A DNA stretch of 64,000 nucleotides. It comes from Candidatus Zixiibacteriota bacterium (GTDB lineage Bacteria > Zixibacteria > MSB-5A5 > GN15 > FEB-12). The translations under genes were made by a program, and so were the position numbers. Below the pieces are notes generated by a model. That model saw only the letters and a list, made by a program, of their open reading frames with translations, made no database searches and was not told where the DNA came from. Numbering within the stretch: position 1 is the first letter of the stretch; each line of letters starts with the position of its first letter. Positions 9,162 through 20,400 of the stretch are shown piece by piece. The stretch lies in NCBI GenBank assembly GCA_020351995.1, contig CP070674.1, positions 3,533,169 through 3,597,168 of the forward strand, in the 5' to 3' direction.

Positions 9162-11822
9162 ATGAAGCGCACATTTGTATCTGTATTCCTTGTCATCATT
9201 GTTCTTACAGGATTTGCCGGATCCGTTTTGGCCGGATCCGTATGGGTTTCGCTAACTGACCGGACATCTCAGCTGGGACCTAAAGCCACCGTACTTGCCT
9301 CCAACGGAGCAGAAACCACCGTTAAATTCACCGTCGACGGATTCTGGTCAAGTGAGACCGGCGAAAACGGCCAGATCTTCACGCGGCTGAAATTCCCGGG
9401 ATATGGCTCAACACTCGATATCGGAAAACCGGAACTGCCCGTTATCTCCGAGTTGATCGGTGTTCCGGGCAATTCGCGTGTCCAGGTTGAGGTTGTAGAT
9501 TTCAAAGAGGAGATCCTCACGGGATATAACGTTTTTCCGCTCCAGACACCGCTTAGAGAAACCGAGAGACGCGTGAAGTTTGACATTAACCCGGTCCAGT
9601 ATTCCACTAATTCCTTTTTCCCCGAACAGATGGCCTCTGTCAGCGACCCGGCTATCTGGCGCGACGTGCGTGTGGTCACGCTCAAGGTCAATCCTGTCAG
9701 GTACAATCCCGTCACCGGCGAACTTAAAGTGTGTACGGAAATGACAGTGCGCCTGGATTATTCTGGCATCAGCGATATCAATGTCAAGACCGCTCCGACG
9801 AAACCCATCGCCCCCAACTATGCCCGAATGTACCGCAGCGCAGTTTTGAACTACAACTATTTGGGTCTGGAGGAGCGGCAGTCAGGACGCTTTAATGAAA
9901 CTACCGATGGAGGCTATGATTATCTTATAATCGCCAAGGACGATTACGTTGACGACCTCGCACCGTTTACCACCTGGAAGAACACTCAGGGGCTGACCAC
10001 GCAGGTGGTACCGATATCGCAGGTGGGCAACAAAGTTGACGATTTCAAAGCCTTTATCGCTGATGAATATTTCAGCAATGGCATCAGCTATCTTCTTTTG
10101 GTCGGCAACGAAATGGATATCCCTGCCGAAAAAATGCTGGGGATTTTTAGTGACTACATGTACACCTGCATTGAGGGCGATGACTATTACGCCGACATCG
10201 CTGCGGGGCGCTTTTGCGTGAACAACGAGACTCACGTGGACAACATGGTTAACAAGAGCGTGACTTTCGAATCCAACCCGCCGCCCGGAGAGTGGCTTGA
10301 AAAATCACTGCTGGTCGCGAACTGGGAAGAAGCACCGGAAAAATACCAGCAGTGCAAAGAAGAAATCAGAACCGCGGACCAGACCCCGTATGGCAGCTAC
10401 AGCGTCTTGAACCCGGATTTCACTACCGCCTACGGGGCATCGTTTGAGAACGGGGGGGATGAGGCTTCGAACGCCGACGTTGTCGACTACTTCAACGAAG
10501 GCTTCCGCCTCGTGAATTACCGCGGGCACGGTAACAATGATATCTGGTGGTACTGGAACGTCCACGAGGAGCACTTTGGCCTTTCCGATGTAGCCGCTAT
10601 TGACAACGGGCAGATGACACCGGTGGTCTTTAGTATCGCCTGCTATAACGCCAATTTACCTTATCTGGAAACTACGCTGGGTGAAGCTTTCACTCAGGGC
10701 GATGACGGTGCGGTAGCCCTTCTGGGCGCAACCGATGAATCCTACACCGATCCCAACCACGATTATGACAAACAGCTTTACAAGTGCGTGTTTGACGAAG
10801 GCATAAATGCCATTGGTGATGCCTCCAATGAAGCCTCCGTGAGGTTGCTCCAGTTGTGGGGAAATTACGGAATGCTTAATGCCAGAATGTATCTCTGGCT
10901 GGGCGACCCGTCGCTTCAACTTATTTACAATTCGACCCTGCCGCCGCCACCACCGGTGTTGGTTTATCCTGATGATGGGGCCGAGTTTGACGAACCGGCC
11001 CAACTGACACTGGACTGGGAGGATGTCTCGGGCGCCGTCTCATACCAGGTGCAGGTTGACGATGAGAATAGTTTTTCCGCTCCTGTGCTGTACGACGTGC
11101 AGGATATAATCCAATCGGAATGGTTAACGCCGGAGCTTGGATCAGGCATCTACTATTGGCGGGTGCGTGCAAGCGATGGCCGGATATTCGGAGGTTGGTC
11201 GGAGATCCGCTCATTTATGGTCGGGGTGCCTCCGCAGGAACCGATCCTCTATATGCCGGTTGATGGCTCGACCATAAAGACAGCCATGGTGCTGCTACAG
11301 TGGTATCAAATCGAGGGCGTGACGGAATATCTCGTCGAGGTCGATGACAATATGTATTTCCAGTCCCCTGAGAGAACGGCTCAGGTCGATATGTGCCCGG
11401 GAGGACTATGCGAGTGGGAAATATATCCCCCCCTGGTCGGTGGCCTTTATTACTGGCGGGTTCGGGCTAATCAGGCCGACTGGCCGTGGTCCGAAACGTG
11501 GTCGTTCCGCGTCAGGGGCAAAAATCCCCCCATCACAGCCGATGGCCCGACGATTCCTGACGACATTGAGTTGCTGCCAAACTATCCTAACCCGTTTAAC
11601 CCGACTACCGAAGTAAGCTTTGGATTACCCCGACCCGGGCATGTAAAGATCGAGATCTTTAACATAACGGGACAGCGACACTGTAAACTTGTTGATGCCG
11701 AGCTGTCGGCAGGCTACCACACCTACACCTGGAACGGCAGCGATGCCGCCAGTGGTATTTATCTCTGCCGACTGTCGACTGAGGACAAAGTTATTACCCG
11801 TCGCATGCTGCTGCTTAAGTAA
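9162..11822 (+). CDS. C25 (gingipain-like) cysteine peptidase with T9SS C-terminal sorting domain
   Basis: 886 aa with a signal peptide. C25-like core: YLLLVGN, YRGHG (His), SIACYN (Cys). There are two FN3-like modules and the tail NYPNPFNPTT...GIYLCRL...RRMLLLK. Confidence 0.8.
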   Translation: MKRTFVSVFLVIIVLTGFAGSVLAGSVWVSLTDRTSQLGPKATVLASNGAETTVKFTVDGFWSSETGENGQIFTRLKFPGYGSTLDIGKPELPVISELIGVPGNSRVQVEVVDFKEEILTGYNVFPLQTPLRETERRVKFDINPVQYSTNSFFPEQMASVSDPAIWRDVRVVTLKVNPVRYNPVTGELKVCTEMTVRLDYSGISDINVKTAPTKPIAPNYARMYRSAVLNYNYLGLEERQSGRFNETTDGGYDYLIIAKDDYVDDLAPFTTWKNTQGLTTQVVPISQVGNKVDDFKAFIADEYFSNGISYLLLVGNEMDIPAEKMLGIFSDYMYTCIEGDDYYADIAAGRFCVNNETHVDNMVNKSVTFESNPPPGEWLEKSLLVANWEEAPEKYQQCKEEIRTADQTPYGSYSVLNPDFTTAYGASFENGGDEASNADVVDYFNEGFRLVNYRGHGNNDIWWYWNVHEEHFGLSDVAAIDNGQMTPVVFSIACYNANLPYLETTLGEAFTQGDDGAVALLGATDESYTDPNHDYDKQLYKCVFDEGINAIGDASNEASVRLLQLWGNYGMLNARMYLWLGDPSLQLIYNSTLPPPPPVLVYPDDGAEFDEPAQLTLDWEDVSGAVSYQVQVDDENSFSAPVLYDVQDIIQSEWLTPELGSGIYYWRVRASDGRIFGGWSEIRSFMVGVPPQEPILYMPVDGSTIKTAMVLLQWYQIEGVTEYLVEVDDNMYFQSPERTAQVDMCPGGLCEWEIYPPLVGGLYYWRVRANQADWPWSETWSFRVRGKNPPITADGPTIPDDIELLPNYPNPFNPTTEVSFGLPRPGHVKIEIFNITGQRHCKLVDAELSAGYHTYTWNGSDAASGIYLCRLSTEDKVITRRMLLLK

Positions 11823-11860
11823 GACTGCGACGCATAGAGCTGAACGGCTCAAGAGGAAAA

Positions 11861-11891
11861 GCTCCGGGCAAAAGTGCCCGGAGCTTTTTTG
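11861..11891 (+). terminator. Intrinsic terminator
   Basis: GCTCCGGGCA-aaag-TGCCCGGAGC followed by TTTTTTG, 39 nt after the stop codon. Confidence 0.75.
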
Positions 11892-12018
11892 TCTCCTGAA
11901 TGCTCGAGCCGGGCTCGCATTTTCCTCTGTCAATCTTCAAATCATCGGGCACTCCGGTTTTGCTTGAATATGAGGATGATTCGTGGGTATCCTTCATAGG
12001 AAAGGACGGGTGAGTGGT

Positions 12019-12243
12019 ATGTCAAAGTCAGTGCTGCTCATTATAATCGCCGTGATATTGCTCGGTCTGTTGCCTTTTGTGCCACGGATGATGGAATTCA
12101 GAACCAGGGTGCTTCGCTTCCTTCGTCTGCGCCGCCTGGCCGACTGGCACGAGAGAAACATTGCCGTGTTGACTGCCATTGTTCGGATCATCGTAGTGGT
12201 GATAGCGGTGGTCATTGCCGCTATCGGGATAGTGGGGCTGTGA
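12019..12243 (+). CDS. Small hydrophobic (2-TM) protein, hypothetical
   Basis: The ORF is trimmed to the ATG at 12019 (MSKSVLLIIIAVILLGLL...). There are two hydrophobic helices and no homology recognisable by eye. Confidence 0.3.
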   Translation: MSKSVLLIIIAVILLGLLPFVPRMMEFRTRVLRFLRLRRLADWHERNIAVLTAIVRIIVVVIAVVIAAIGIVGL

Positions 12244-12498
12244 GATCTCTTGCGACCGCGGGAACCTTGGCTTCAGGCTCTGGCATAATCTGTCGAATGT
12301 AGCAAAGTCATCAGAAACTGGCATTTAGCCGGAGTCCCTATCTGCTTATAGCTGTCTTCGAAACTCCACGGGGATCGATACTCTCATCAATCACATCCCG
12401 ATACCGTTGAGATTGCCCACTGGCGATTTATGAAGGTACCTGAGTAAAATAGGTCGGCGCTCGAAGAAGGCAAGTTCTAGATTCCAGGCTAAATGGTA

Positions 12499-12531
12499 GG
12501 AAAACGGTGACAACCCTTTCGGGTTGTCACC
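12499..12531 (-). terminator. Intrinsic terminator of the S8 protease gene
   Basis: On the minus strand: GGTGACAACCC-gaaa-GGGTTGTCACC followed by GTTTTCC, directly after the stop at 12547. Confidence 0.7.
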
Positions 12532-12546
12532 GCGTATCCCTCGACT

Positions 12547-14955
12547 CTACTTCAACAGAATCATCTTTTTCGTTTCCGATATATTGTCCGTCTCCAGTCG
12601 ATACAGGTAAACGCCTGAGGATAACCCGGCGGCATCAAATTCCACGGCGTGCTCACCGGCTCCGTAAACCTCATTTGCCAGAACAGCAACCTTCTGCCCC
12701 CGGATGTTATACACCGTCAGCTTCACGTGACTGGCGGTCTCCAGAGAGAACCGAACGGCAGTCCGCGGGTTAAAGGGATTGGGATAATTCTGGCTCAGCC
12801 CGCGTTTATCCGGCATTGACGATTGTGTTTCCGCCCAGGCACCCGGAGTACTCTTGTAGACCGGGCCGCTTTCGCAAGTCTTGGTAATGAAGTTGGCTTC
12901 CGGATCATAGATGAAGTCATCGTGTCTGACATCCGTAACCTCAAAACACCAGTCGTCAATTGTTGGATCCTTCGGTTTGGGAGATACGATCAGCACCCTT
13001 CCTTCGGCATCGCTGGAGCCCATACGCTTACCATCGGTAGGACCGGTTACAGCCAACACTACCCTTGCGTTGGCGACGGGTCGATTGTTGTTGTCGTAAA
13101 TCCAGACTGCGGCTATTGCGCAGTCGTAGACACTGGGACCATATGTTTGCTGGAATGGGTACGCCAGCATAAATGCCACATGTGAGGTCGGAAGCGGGGG
13201 ATTAAGGGTATTGATGTAGTCTGTTCTCACTATAACGTCGCTTCCCATATCGTTGCTGGCGGTCAGAGTGACCGTGTACAATCCCGGAGAGGCATAGGTG
13301 TGGATGGGGAAACGTTCGTGGGAAACGGGAGTATCATCGCCAAAATCCCAGATCCAGGACGTGGCCCCACCGGTACACTCATTTCTGAACGAAACCTCGA
13401 GAGGAGCATCACCGCTGCTCGGATAGGCAACGAAGTCGGCCACAGGAGCCACCGTACTCGGAGGCGAGATCGATTCCAGCGCCATTCTCGCGTTGACAAT
13501 ACCGACGCCGACGTCTTTCGTCGGGTTGTACGGTTTGACATTGGCCGGGTCACACAGGATGCTCCATATATCCTGCGCTGACAGGTCGGGATTGTATGAC
13601 GCCAGCAAAGCGGCTACCCCCACTACATGAGGTGCCGCGGCCGAGGTACCCGAGTAGGCGAACAAGGCTTCCTCGTTATCGCCCACCATACCAAGCACGC
13701 CGGCTGAAGGTCCGGCAATATCGACCCAATCACCGTAGTTCGAACCTATCCACGGATCGCCGTTGAGTCCGGTAGCGCCCACGGCCATGCAATCGTCGCG
13801 GGTCGCCAGGTAGTCCGGTGTGCTGACGTTACTATTGCCTGCTGCAACTACGATCAGGACATCCTGACTGGCCAGGTAGTCTGCGGCCGCGGCCAACGCG
13901 GGTGTCTCAGCGGTGCCAAAGGAGCAATTGACCGCCACGACTTTTACGCCGCGAGCTTTCAGCTGGCCAAGGTACACCATTGCCTCGGCGGCATCGGCGA
14001 TCACGATAATGCCCCCAATGTTCGACACATAGCCGGCTCGGCAGGGCACGATCTTGACACCGTTGGCATCGCTGCCTGGGGTCCCGTCGTTGTATCCGCC
14101 CGCTACACCCGAGAGTTCGTAACCGTTGTTGGTTATGGCCGCAATTTCGCCGGCGCAGAAAGTTCCGTGGCCACTGGCGCCCTTCGGATCGTTGTCGGGC
14201 CCATCACAATCCACATCTTCACAAGGATACTGGATTAAAGGGGTGGTGAAGTCATATCCGATCACGTCGTCAACATAGCCATTGTTGTCGTTATCGATAT
14301 CATCACCGGGAATTTCCTGGTCATTGACCCAGATATTTCCGTTGGTGACATTATCATCCGGGCCCGGCGGATCGCTGCCGCCCAAGTCAGGGTTGGTATA
14401 TTCAACACCGCCGTCGATAACGGCGATTACAACCTCGGGGTTACCGGCCTCGATGTCCCAGGCCTGATCGGCGTCAATGCCGTATACGTCCTGTAGCTGC
14501 CATAGGCTGCTGTAGTAGGTATCGTTGGGGGTGCCAAATACTCTGCACGCCGGGATCTTGTAGGCACTGGTGACTGCAGAGACCTGCTGGTAAGCCTCGA
14601 TAATCGCGTCGATATTGGCGGGATCAACATAGACCTCGAAGAACCTTGTCAGGGCTCGTTCCTCCGGAGTCCGGGCCTGCTCTAAAGTTGTACCCCGAAA
14701 TTTCTTTTCGATGCGCGGAATACCGAACCGCTCGGTAACCGCATCCAAATCCGGGTTGCCGCGAAAGGCGTTTTGCGACCGAAGGGCCTGTGGGTCCAGA
14801 GATGCCACTGCGTACTGATCAAGTTGTACAATGATCCTGTCCGAAGCGTAGCCAACAAAGGATTCCCCTCTCTCCGGTTCAAATGGACTGGAAGCAGCCA
14901 TGAGGGGACCGGCTACCAGCGTCATTGCCAGTGCAAAGCACAAAATGCTTCTCAT
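12547..14955 (-). CDS. S8 subtilisin-like serine peptidase with PKD domain and T9SS C-terminal sorting domain
   Basis: 802 aa. Catalytic triad contexts are VIAVIDGG, HGTFCAGE and SGTSAAAPHV. It has a PKD-like module (FGDDTPVSHERFPIHTYASPGLYTVTLTA) and the tail NYPNPFNPRT...GVYLYRL...KKMILLK. Confidence 0.9.
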   Translation of the reverse strand: MRSILCFALAMTLVAGPLMAASSPFEPERGESFVGYASDRIIVQLDQYAVASLDPQALRSQNAFRGNPDLDAVTERFGIPRIEKKFRGTTLEQARTPEERALTRFFEVYVDPANIDAIIEAYQQVSAVTSAYKIPACRVFGTPNDTYYSSLWQLQDVYGIDADQAWDIEAGNPEVVIAVIDGGVEYTNPDLGGSDPPGPDDNVTNGNIWVNDQEIPGDDIDNDNNGYVDDVIGYDFTTPLIQYPCEDVDCDGPDNDPKGASGHGTFCAGEIAAITNNGYELSGVAGGYNDGTPGSDANGVKIVPCRAGYVSNIGGIIVIADAAEAMVYLGQLKARGVKVVAVNCSFGTAETPALAAAADYLASQDVLIVVAAGNSNVSTPDYLATRDDCMAVGATGLNGDPWIGSNYGDWVDIAGPSAGVLGMVGDNEEALFAYSGTSAAAPHVVGVAALLASYNPDLSAQDIWSILCDPANVKPYNPTKDVGVGIVNARMALESISPPSTVAPVADFVAYPSSGDAPLEVSFRNECTGGATSWIWDFGDDTPVSHERFPIHTYASPGLYTVTLTASNDMGSDVIVRTDYINTLNPPLPTSHVAFMLAYPFQQTYGPSVYDCAIAAVWIYDNNNRPVANARVVLAVTGPTDGKRMGSSDAEGRVLIVSPKPKDPTIDDWCFEVTDVRHDDFIYDPEANFITKTCESGPVYKSTPGAWAETQSSMPDKRGLSQNYPNPFNPRTAVRFSLETASHVKLTVYNIRGQKVAVLANEVYGAGEHAVEFDAAGLSSGVYLYRLETDNISETKKMILLK

Positions 14956-15289
14956 TCTACCTCCTTAGAATGCTGTTGAGATTTGCCCGCAATGAGTGAC
15001 TATGAGTCAACCGGCGGGCAAGACTGGTTACAAGTTCTGCCTTGTGTATCGGATTAGCTTGTTATTCGAAGACAAGGTTGCAGCAGGGACCATCGAGTAT
15101 GAGCTCGTGATCTCATCCTGCTATAACAATATACTCGATTCGCCCCCTGATGCAAGGCTATTCCGTCACTCCCCGCAGATCGACTCAACCCGCAGAGCGA
15201 CATAAAGAAAATACTGATCGCTCTAACAGTATATTATGCTGGGTCTGGCTGCCGGCGTTACCGGTGCCCAAGGTTGACACAATTATCGT

Positions 15290-15874
15290 TCAGGCCGTCA
15301 TCTGGTCGAAATCATGCCTTGGCTCAAACCCGTTGGTCCGCGGAAGTTCCTGAATCATCGGTTGACCGTGCCGTTTGATAATTGTCGCGGGAGTACCGAC
15401 AACAGTACAATCGGATGGAATGTCCCGCATGACCACAAAGCTGTTGGCCCCGATGCGAACATTGTTGCCAACGGTAATCGGACCCAGCAGGATCGCTCCC
15501 GTGCCCACCAGGACGTTGTCGCCGAGAGTGGGGTGTCGTTTGCCGGGATGCTTTCCGGTCCCGCCCAGGGTTACATTGTGAAATAAAACGGCGTTGTCGC
15601 CGATGACCGACGTTTCGCCAATAACAACACCACTGCCGTGGTCACAGAAGAACCCTTTGCCGATTCTGGCTCCGGGATGAATCTCAAGACCGGTTAGAAA
15701 GCGCGCTATTTGAGAAAGCAGGCGCGGGATAAAGGGGATTCTCAAACGGTACAACAGGTGGCTGAAACGGTGTATCGTTATCGCATGAAAACCGGGGTAT
15801 AGCAAAAACTCGATATTCTTCGCCGCCGGGTCATTGCGGTAGATCGCCTTGATATCTTCAATTATTGCCAGCAT
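15290..15874 (-). CDS. cysE: Serine O-acetyltransferase
   Basis: Left-handed hexapeptide repeats and the CysE N-terminal motif (DPAAKN...[14 protein letters not shown]). The start is trimmed to MLAIIEDIK at 15874. Confidence 0.85.
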   Translation of the reverse strand: MLAIIEDIKAIYRNDPAAKNIEFLLYPGFHAITIHRFSHLLYRLRIPFIPRLLSQIARFLTGLEIHPGARIGKGFFCDHGSGVVIGETSVIGDNAVLFHNVTLGGTGKHPGKRHPTLGDNVLVGTGAILLGPITVGNNVRIGANSFVVMRDIPSDCTVVGTPATIIKRHGQPMIQELPRTNGFEPRHDFDQMTA

Positions 15875-16826
15875 ATTCTTTTTCCTTCCCATTTTGATTC
15901 TGTCCGTTAATCGTCTTTTCAAAAAGCGGAGTACTGATATATCGCTCTCCGGTATCGCAAATGAAAGTCACGACAAGTTTCCCTTCGCCAAGTTCTTTCG
16001 CTACCTCGAGGGCTGCCCAGACGATGGCCCCCGATGATACCCCTGCCAGTAGACCTTCTTCCGCGGCCAGTCGTCGAGCGGTGGCGAAAGCATCGGCTTC
16101 GTCAACGGTGATGACCCTGTCTACCACGGAGGGATCATAGTTATCCGGTACGAAACCAGCGCCGATCCCCTGGATTGGATGCGGGCCGCGTTCACCTCCG
16201 GAGAGGACCGGGGAGGCCTTCGGCTCGACGGCTACGACAAGGCAGCCGTATTGCTGTTTACAGAAACCGCCGGCTCCGCTGATGGTCCCGCCGGTGCCAA
16301 CACCGGCGACAAAAGCGTCGAGATGATCTCCTTCGAGGTCGGCGGCGATTTCCGGGCCGGTCGTTCGGCGGTGGATCTCAGGATTGGCTGGATTGTCAAA
16401 CTGAGAGGGCCCAAAAGTCCCGCTGCTCCGGGCCAGCTCGCCAGCTTTTTCAATAGCTCCGGTCATGCCTTTGTCACCCGGCGTCAGGACAATCTCCGCG
16501 CCGTACTGCTGAAGCAACGCCCGCCTTTCAAGCGACATAGTCTCCGGCATGGTGAAGATACATCGGTATCCTCGCGCCGCAGCCACCATGGCCAGCCCGA
16601 TTCCGGTGTTTCCCGATGTCGGTTCGACAATGGTCATGCCGGGTTTCAAGTTACCGGTCTTTTCGGCGGCCAGGATCATTGAAGCTGCTATGCGGTCCTT
16701 AACGGATCCCCCGGGGTTGTAACTCTCCATCTTACAGAGGACTGTTGCCGCCCCACCGGGCACTATCCGATTCAGACGAATCAGTGGTGTTCGCCCGATT
16801 GCTTCAACAACACTTGGAAATTTCAT
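15858..16826 (-). CDS. cysK: Cysteine synthase A (O-acetylserine sulfhydrylase)
   Basis: PLP-enzyme motifs ([32 protein letters not shown]). The likely start is MKFPS at 16826, 6 nt after AAGGAG. The ORF track extends it to 16844. Confidence 0.9.
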   Translation of the reverse strand: MKFPSVVEAIGRTPLIRLNRIVPGGAATVLCKMESYNPGGSVKDRIAASMILAAEKTGNLKPGMTIVEPTSGNTGIGLAMVAAARGYRCIFTMPETMSLERRALLQQYGAEIVLTPGDKGMTGAIEKAGELARSSGTFGPSQFDNPANPEIHRRTTGPEIAADLEGDHLDAFVAGVGTGGTISGAGGFCKQQYGCLVVAVEPKASPVLSGGERGPHPIQGIGAGFVPDNYDPSVVDRVITVDEADAFATARRLAAEEGLLAGVSSGAIVWAALEVAKELGEGKLVVTFICDTGERYISTPLFEKTINGQNQNGKEKEYAGNN

Positions 16827-16882
16827 GGTCATCTCCTTCCGCAAGCCGGCCAGTCTCCTGTTTCAGGACCGAAAGCAGGTGC

Positions 16883-16922
16883 AAAAGAAAGCGGAGCCTG
16901 CTTCGGTCTGAAGAGGCTCCGC
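16883..16922 (-). terminator. Leader (attenuator-type) terminator upstream of cysK
   Basis: On the minus strand: GCGGAGCCTCTTC-agacc-GAAGCAGGCTCCGC followed by TTTCTTTTG. It lies inside the 5' leader, about 55 nt before the cysK start. Confidence 0.65.
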
Positions 16923-16989
16923 GAGCTTGTCTATTATATTTCTTTACAACGTCTTACATATTTATTCGCGCATCCACCCAGACCGATTT

Positions 16990-17067
16990 TCAGCTACAAC
17001 AACAACAGCAGAACACCCCGGTCGGGTTGCTGTCAACATTCGGACGGATGGTTGCAGTCAACTTCAT
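16990..17067 (-). CDS. Putative Cys-rich leader peptide (MKLTATIRPNVDSNPTGVFCCCCCS)
   Basis: A 25-codon ATG-initiated ORF (too short for the ORF track) ends TGC TGT TGT TGT TGT AGC TGA. It lies between the promoter and the leader terminator of cysK-cysE. I see no clear Shine-Dalgarno sequence. Confidence 0.45.
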   Translation of the reverse strand: MKLTATIRPNVDSNPTGVFCCCCCS

Positions 17068-17110
17068 ATACTTATCTAACACGTTATCGGCGTATTAAAG
17101 TTTCAATATT

Positions 17111-17138
17111 AGTATACTCGATTATTCGATTCTGTCAA
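17111..17138 (-). promoter_or_regulatory. Sigma70-type promoter of the cysK-cysE leader
   Basis: On the minus strand: TTGACA-16 nt-TATACT. Confidence 0.55.
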
Positions 17139-17441
17139 GGCGGTCTTTTTGGGTTGGTATGCAGCAAGCATCGGGCTGAGCGACCCCACCTCCACCGGTG
17201 GGGATTGAACTTGTCAGGCGCAGGCTTCTCGGTTCGCCAACTGATTCAATAACAAACAGTTAGGCCTATTGCGCGAAGTGTCCGTGGGGGAAGTGAGCCA
17301 ATTCTGCCCATTCAACCCGGATTCTGTGCCGTAAGCGCTTTAAAGACATACTGATCTCGTCATCGCAGGAGCTAATCTACCTGCCGAATGTGCCGATAAT
17401 ACTGCATAACATTAATAGACAGCCGGTTAATCAGGAACATC

Positions 17442-20400
17442 GTGGGTAAAATTAAGTACATTCTCCTCGCCTTTTGCATGATTTTCACCGCCGGGCAGAC
17501 GTACGCCGTTGAATTCTACGTTTCTCCAACTGGAAACAACAACAATCCGGGCACAAGTCCGGATCAGGCCTGGGCCTCGATAGAGCACGGTGATACGTCG
17601 GGACAGGTCGGTCCCGGCGACATAGTGAATATCCTGCCCGGAACCTACTTGCCTACTCAGACTATCACGCTAGACAGGTCGGGTACCGACTCAAGCTATA
17701 TCATATACCGTAAGCTCGGTCCCCGGTCGGTGATTATAGACGGACAGAACCTTCTGGATTCGGTTCTGGTTGTCAATGGCGAGTACCTTGATATTTATGG
17801 TTTCGAACTGACCAATTCACTCCACGACTGTCTCAAAGCCAACAATCGATACGGAACGGTGGCATATTGCTATGTTCATCACACCGGAGGAACTGGAATT
17901 GTAGCCAACCAGCGCGAACAGCTCCTTTTTCGTAACCGGGCTGCCTATAACGCGGGAACCGGTATTTATGTCACCGGATTTTGTGACGAGGCCGAGGTGT
18001 ACAACAATACTGTATTCGGCAATGGCGGTGCCGGTATAGAATTTCATTCCAGCGTTTCCACAGGGCGGGTCTTCAACAATATCGTTGCCCACAACCTGGG
18101 TGGTGGGATTATAGGCGATGAGGATATCATCTGCGGTTTCAACAACGCCTGCGGGAACGTCGGCGGAAACCTGCTTTTTGTCACTGATTCGGCTGGCGGA
18201 TTTAGCGTCGAACCGGGCTTCGCGGATACCACCTCGGGGAAGTTCGCTCTCAGACATACCGCCGCTGAACTGGACGCCGGGTTAGCTTTTGACGACTACC
18301 CCTTCAACGGTGCCGCTCCTGATATGGGAGCCTCGGAGAAGTACAACGTTTATTACGTCAGCCCCATCGGGGCAGACACGGCCGAGGGCCGGACCCTGGC
18401 TACGTCGTGGAAATCGATAGACAACGGCAATTCCTGCATCTTTCCCGGTGATACTGTCTACGTGCAACCGGGAATGTATTCAGATTCTGTGGTAATCACC
18501 GACAGCGGACTTCCAGACGACACGATCTGGTATATAGGTGTCGGGGACGGATGCTCCGTTGATGGTTCCGGGTACAATACGGGCGTACAGATATCCGCCT
18601 CGTACCTCGTCTGGATCGGCATCGACATCAATGGAAGCTTTTCATCCAACATCAGTATGGCCGGCATCGGGCTAAGACTTTCCGGCTGCGAAATCAGCAA
18701 CGCTCCCGTGGGACTATTCATCAATGGGCGGGAAAACGTTATCACCAATAACGTTTTCCGTAACAGTGAATACGCCGGGATCTTCTCGTGGACAACCACT
18801 GACGACCTGTACGCTAATAACACCTTTTACAACAACGGCCGCCGGGATATTTACCAGCCGATTTTCTACGATATAAACGTGTTCAACAATATCTTCGTCG
18901 CGCACGGAGCGGGGGATACAGCCATAGACGGTAGCGTAGGCAGTGTTATCTCACATTGTTTGTTTTACGGCTACGAGGAGATCTGCGGAAAAGAAGGAGA
19001 GCCGGGTGAAGGATGCCTTATTGGTCTTGATCCGGTATTTCTGAATCCTGACAGTGGTGACTTCCACCTTGACAGAACATCGCCGGCTATCGACGCTGGT
19101 TACGATCTTGGATTTCCCTTCCACGGATATGCCCCGGACATGGGTGCTATCGAGACAGCCCAGCCGGATTCTATGGAGATTGTAAGCTGCTGCGATACCC
19201 TCGTAGCGGACAGCACCTATCTGTTCGAGGCGCTTGCCTGGGACGCCGACGGCTTTCCGACCAGGCCGGGTGCCACAATGTGGTCACATACCTTTGTGTC
19301 CGGCAGTATCAGTTCCGGTGGGGTTTTTACTCCCGCACTGGTCGGTCAGGGAACAGTTACAGCCGAGGATGCCATTTACGGTTTGTCTGCCGAAAGCGCC
19401 CCATTGACAGTCGTACCGGGAACGCTCGACAGGATGACGGTAGAGCCGCAAAGGGTCAACCTTAGCGTTGACTCCACGCAACAATTTCTGCTATATGGTT
19501 GGGATATCCGCGATAACTCCGTTGACGTTTTTGGCGATGTTACCTGGGCGGCTTTCGGGAATATCGGCACTATCAGCCAGGCCGGCCTTTTCACGGCCAC
19601 TGACCCCGGCTATGGTTTTGTCAGAGCAACGAGTAGCCTCGGACCTACGTGTATTTCCGATACGATTACGGTTACTGCCGGTGATCCAAAGATCTATGTT
19701 AGTTCACTTACCATGCCGATCAGGGAAATAATTCCGGGAACCAATACCGGCGCGATTCTGGCCCTTGAGTTTGTCAATGACGGTCCGACAGGAGTTCCGC
19801 TCGACTCTGTCAGGTTGGAGTTCACCGGCGATGATCCCTTTGGTGCCACCCGCGAGGAACTGGACAGTCAGATAGAAGGGGTTGCTCTTTATCTCGAAAA
19901 AGACAATCAGTACACAGATCTAACCGATCTCGATAGTCTCTTGTGTACGGGGACTTTATCCGACGGTTATGCTGTGCTACCTACTTCCGGGTTGTTAATC
20001 CCTCCCGGCGGCGCGAATATCAAACTGACCGTAGCGGCTCTACTCGATGCCTTGAACGCCAGGGACGGTAATGACATCAGCTTTCAAATCGCCGGCCTGT
20101 CGGATATTTACCTGGGTGAGGAAATTGCCGTAGTGGCCGACTTTCCACTCGATAATGATGCCCAATACATCGTCAATACTTTCCCTTCGGATCTTGCGCA
20201 AATCAACCCGGTCGAAGGGTCAACGCTTTTCCAGGGACAGACCGAGCGGCTCGTCCTTGATTTCAATCTGCCGCCCAATGGGTACGCGGAGGACTTTCTG
20301 AGCTCAGTTAAGGTAGTCAACGCCGGGACCTTCGACGACAACGGCGAAACGTTAGAAATTCGCCTGTGGGCGGATCAGAGCGGTGATGGCTTTACCGCTG

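Noticed and set aside
16967-16981. T-box-like string in the cysK leader: GGGTGGATGCGCG on the minus strand resembles the T-box core GGGTGGTACCGCG, with UGGA matching a U73 discriminator.
   Set aside because: I found no Stem I, specifier loop, GA/K-turn or AG-bulge elements upstream. The distance to the terminator (~45 nt of AT-rich sequence) does not allow a canonical antiterminator. The leader-peptide explanation fits better.
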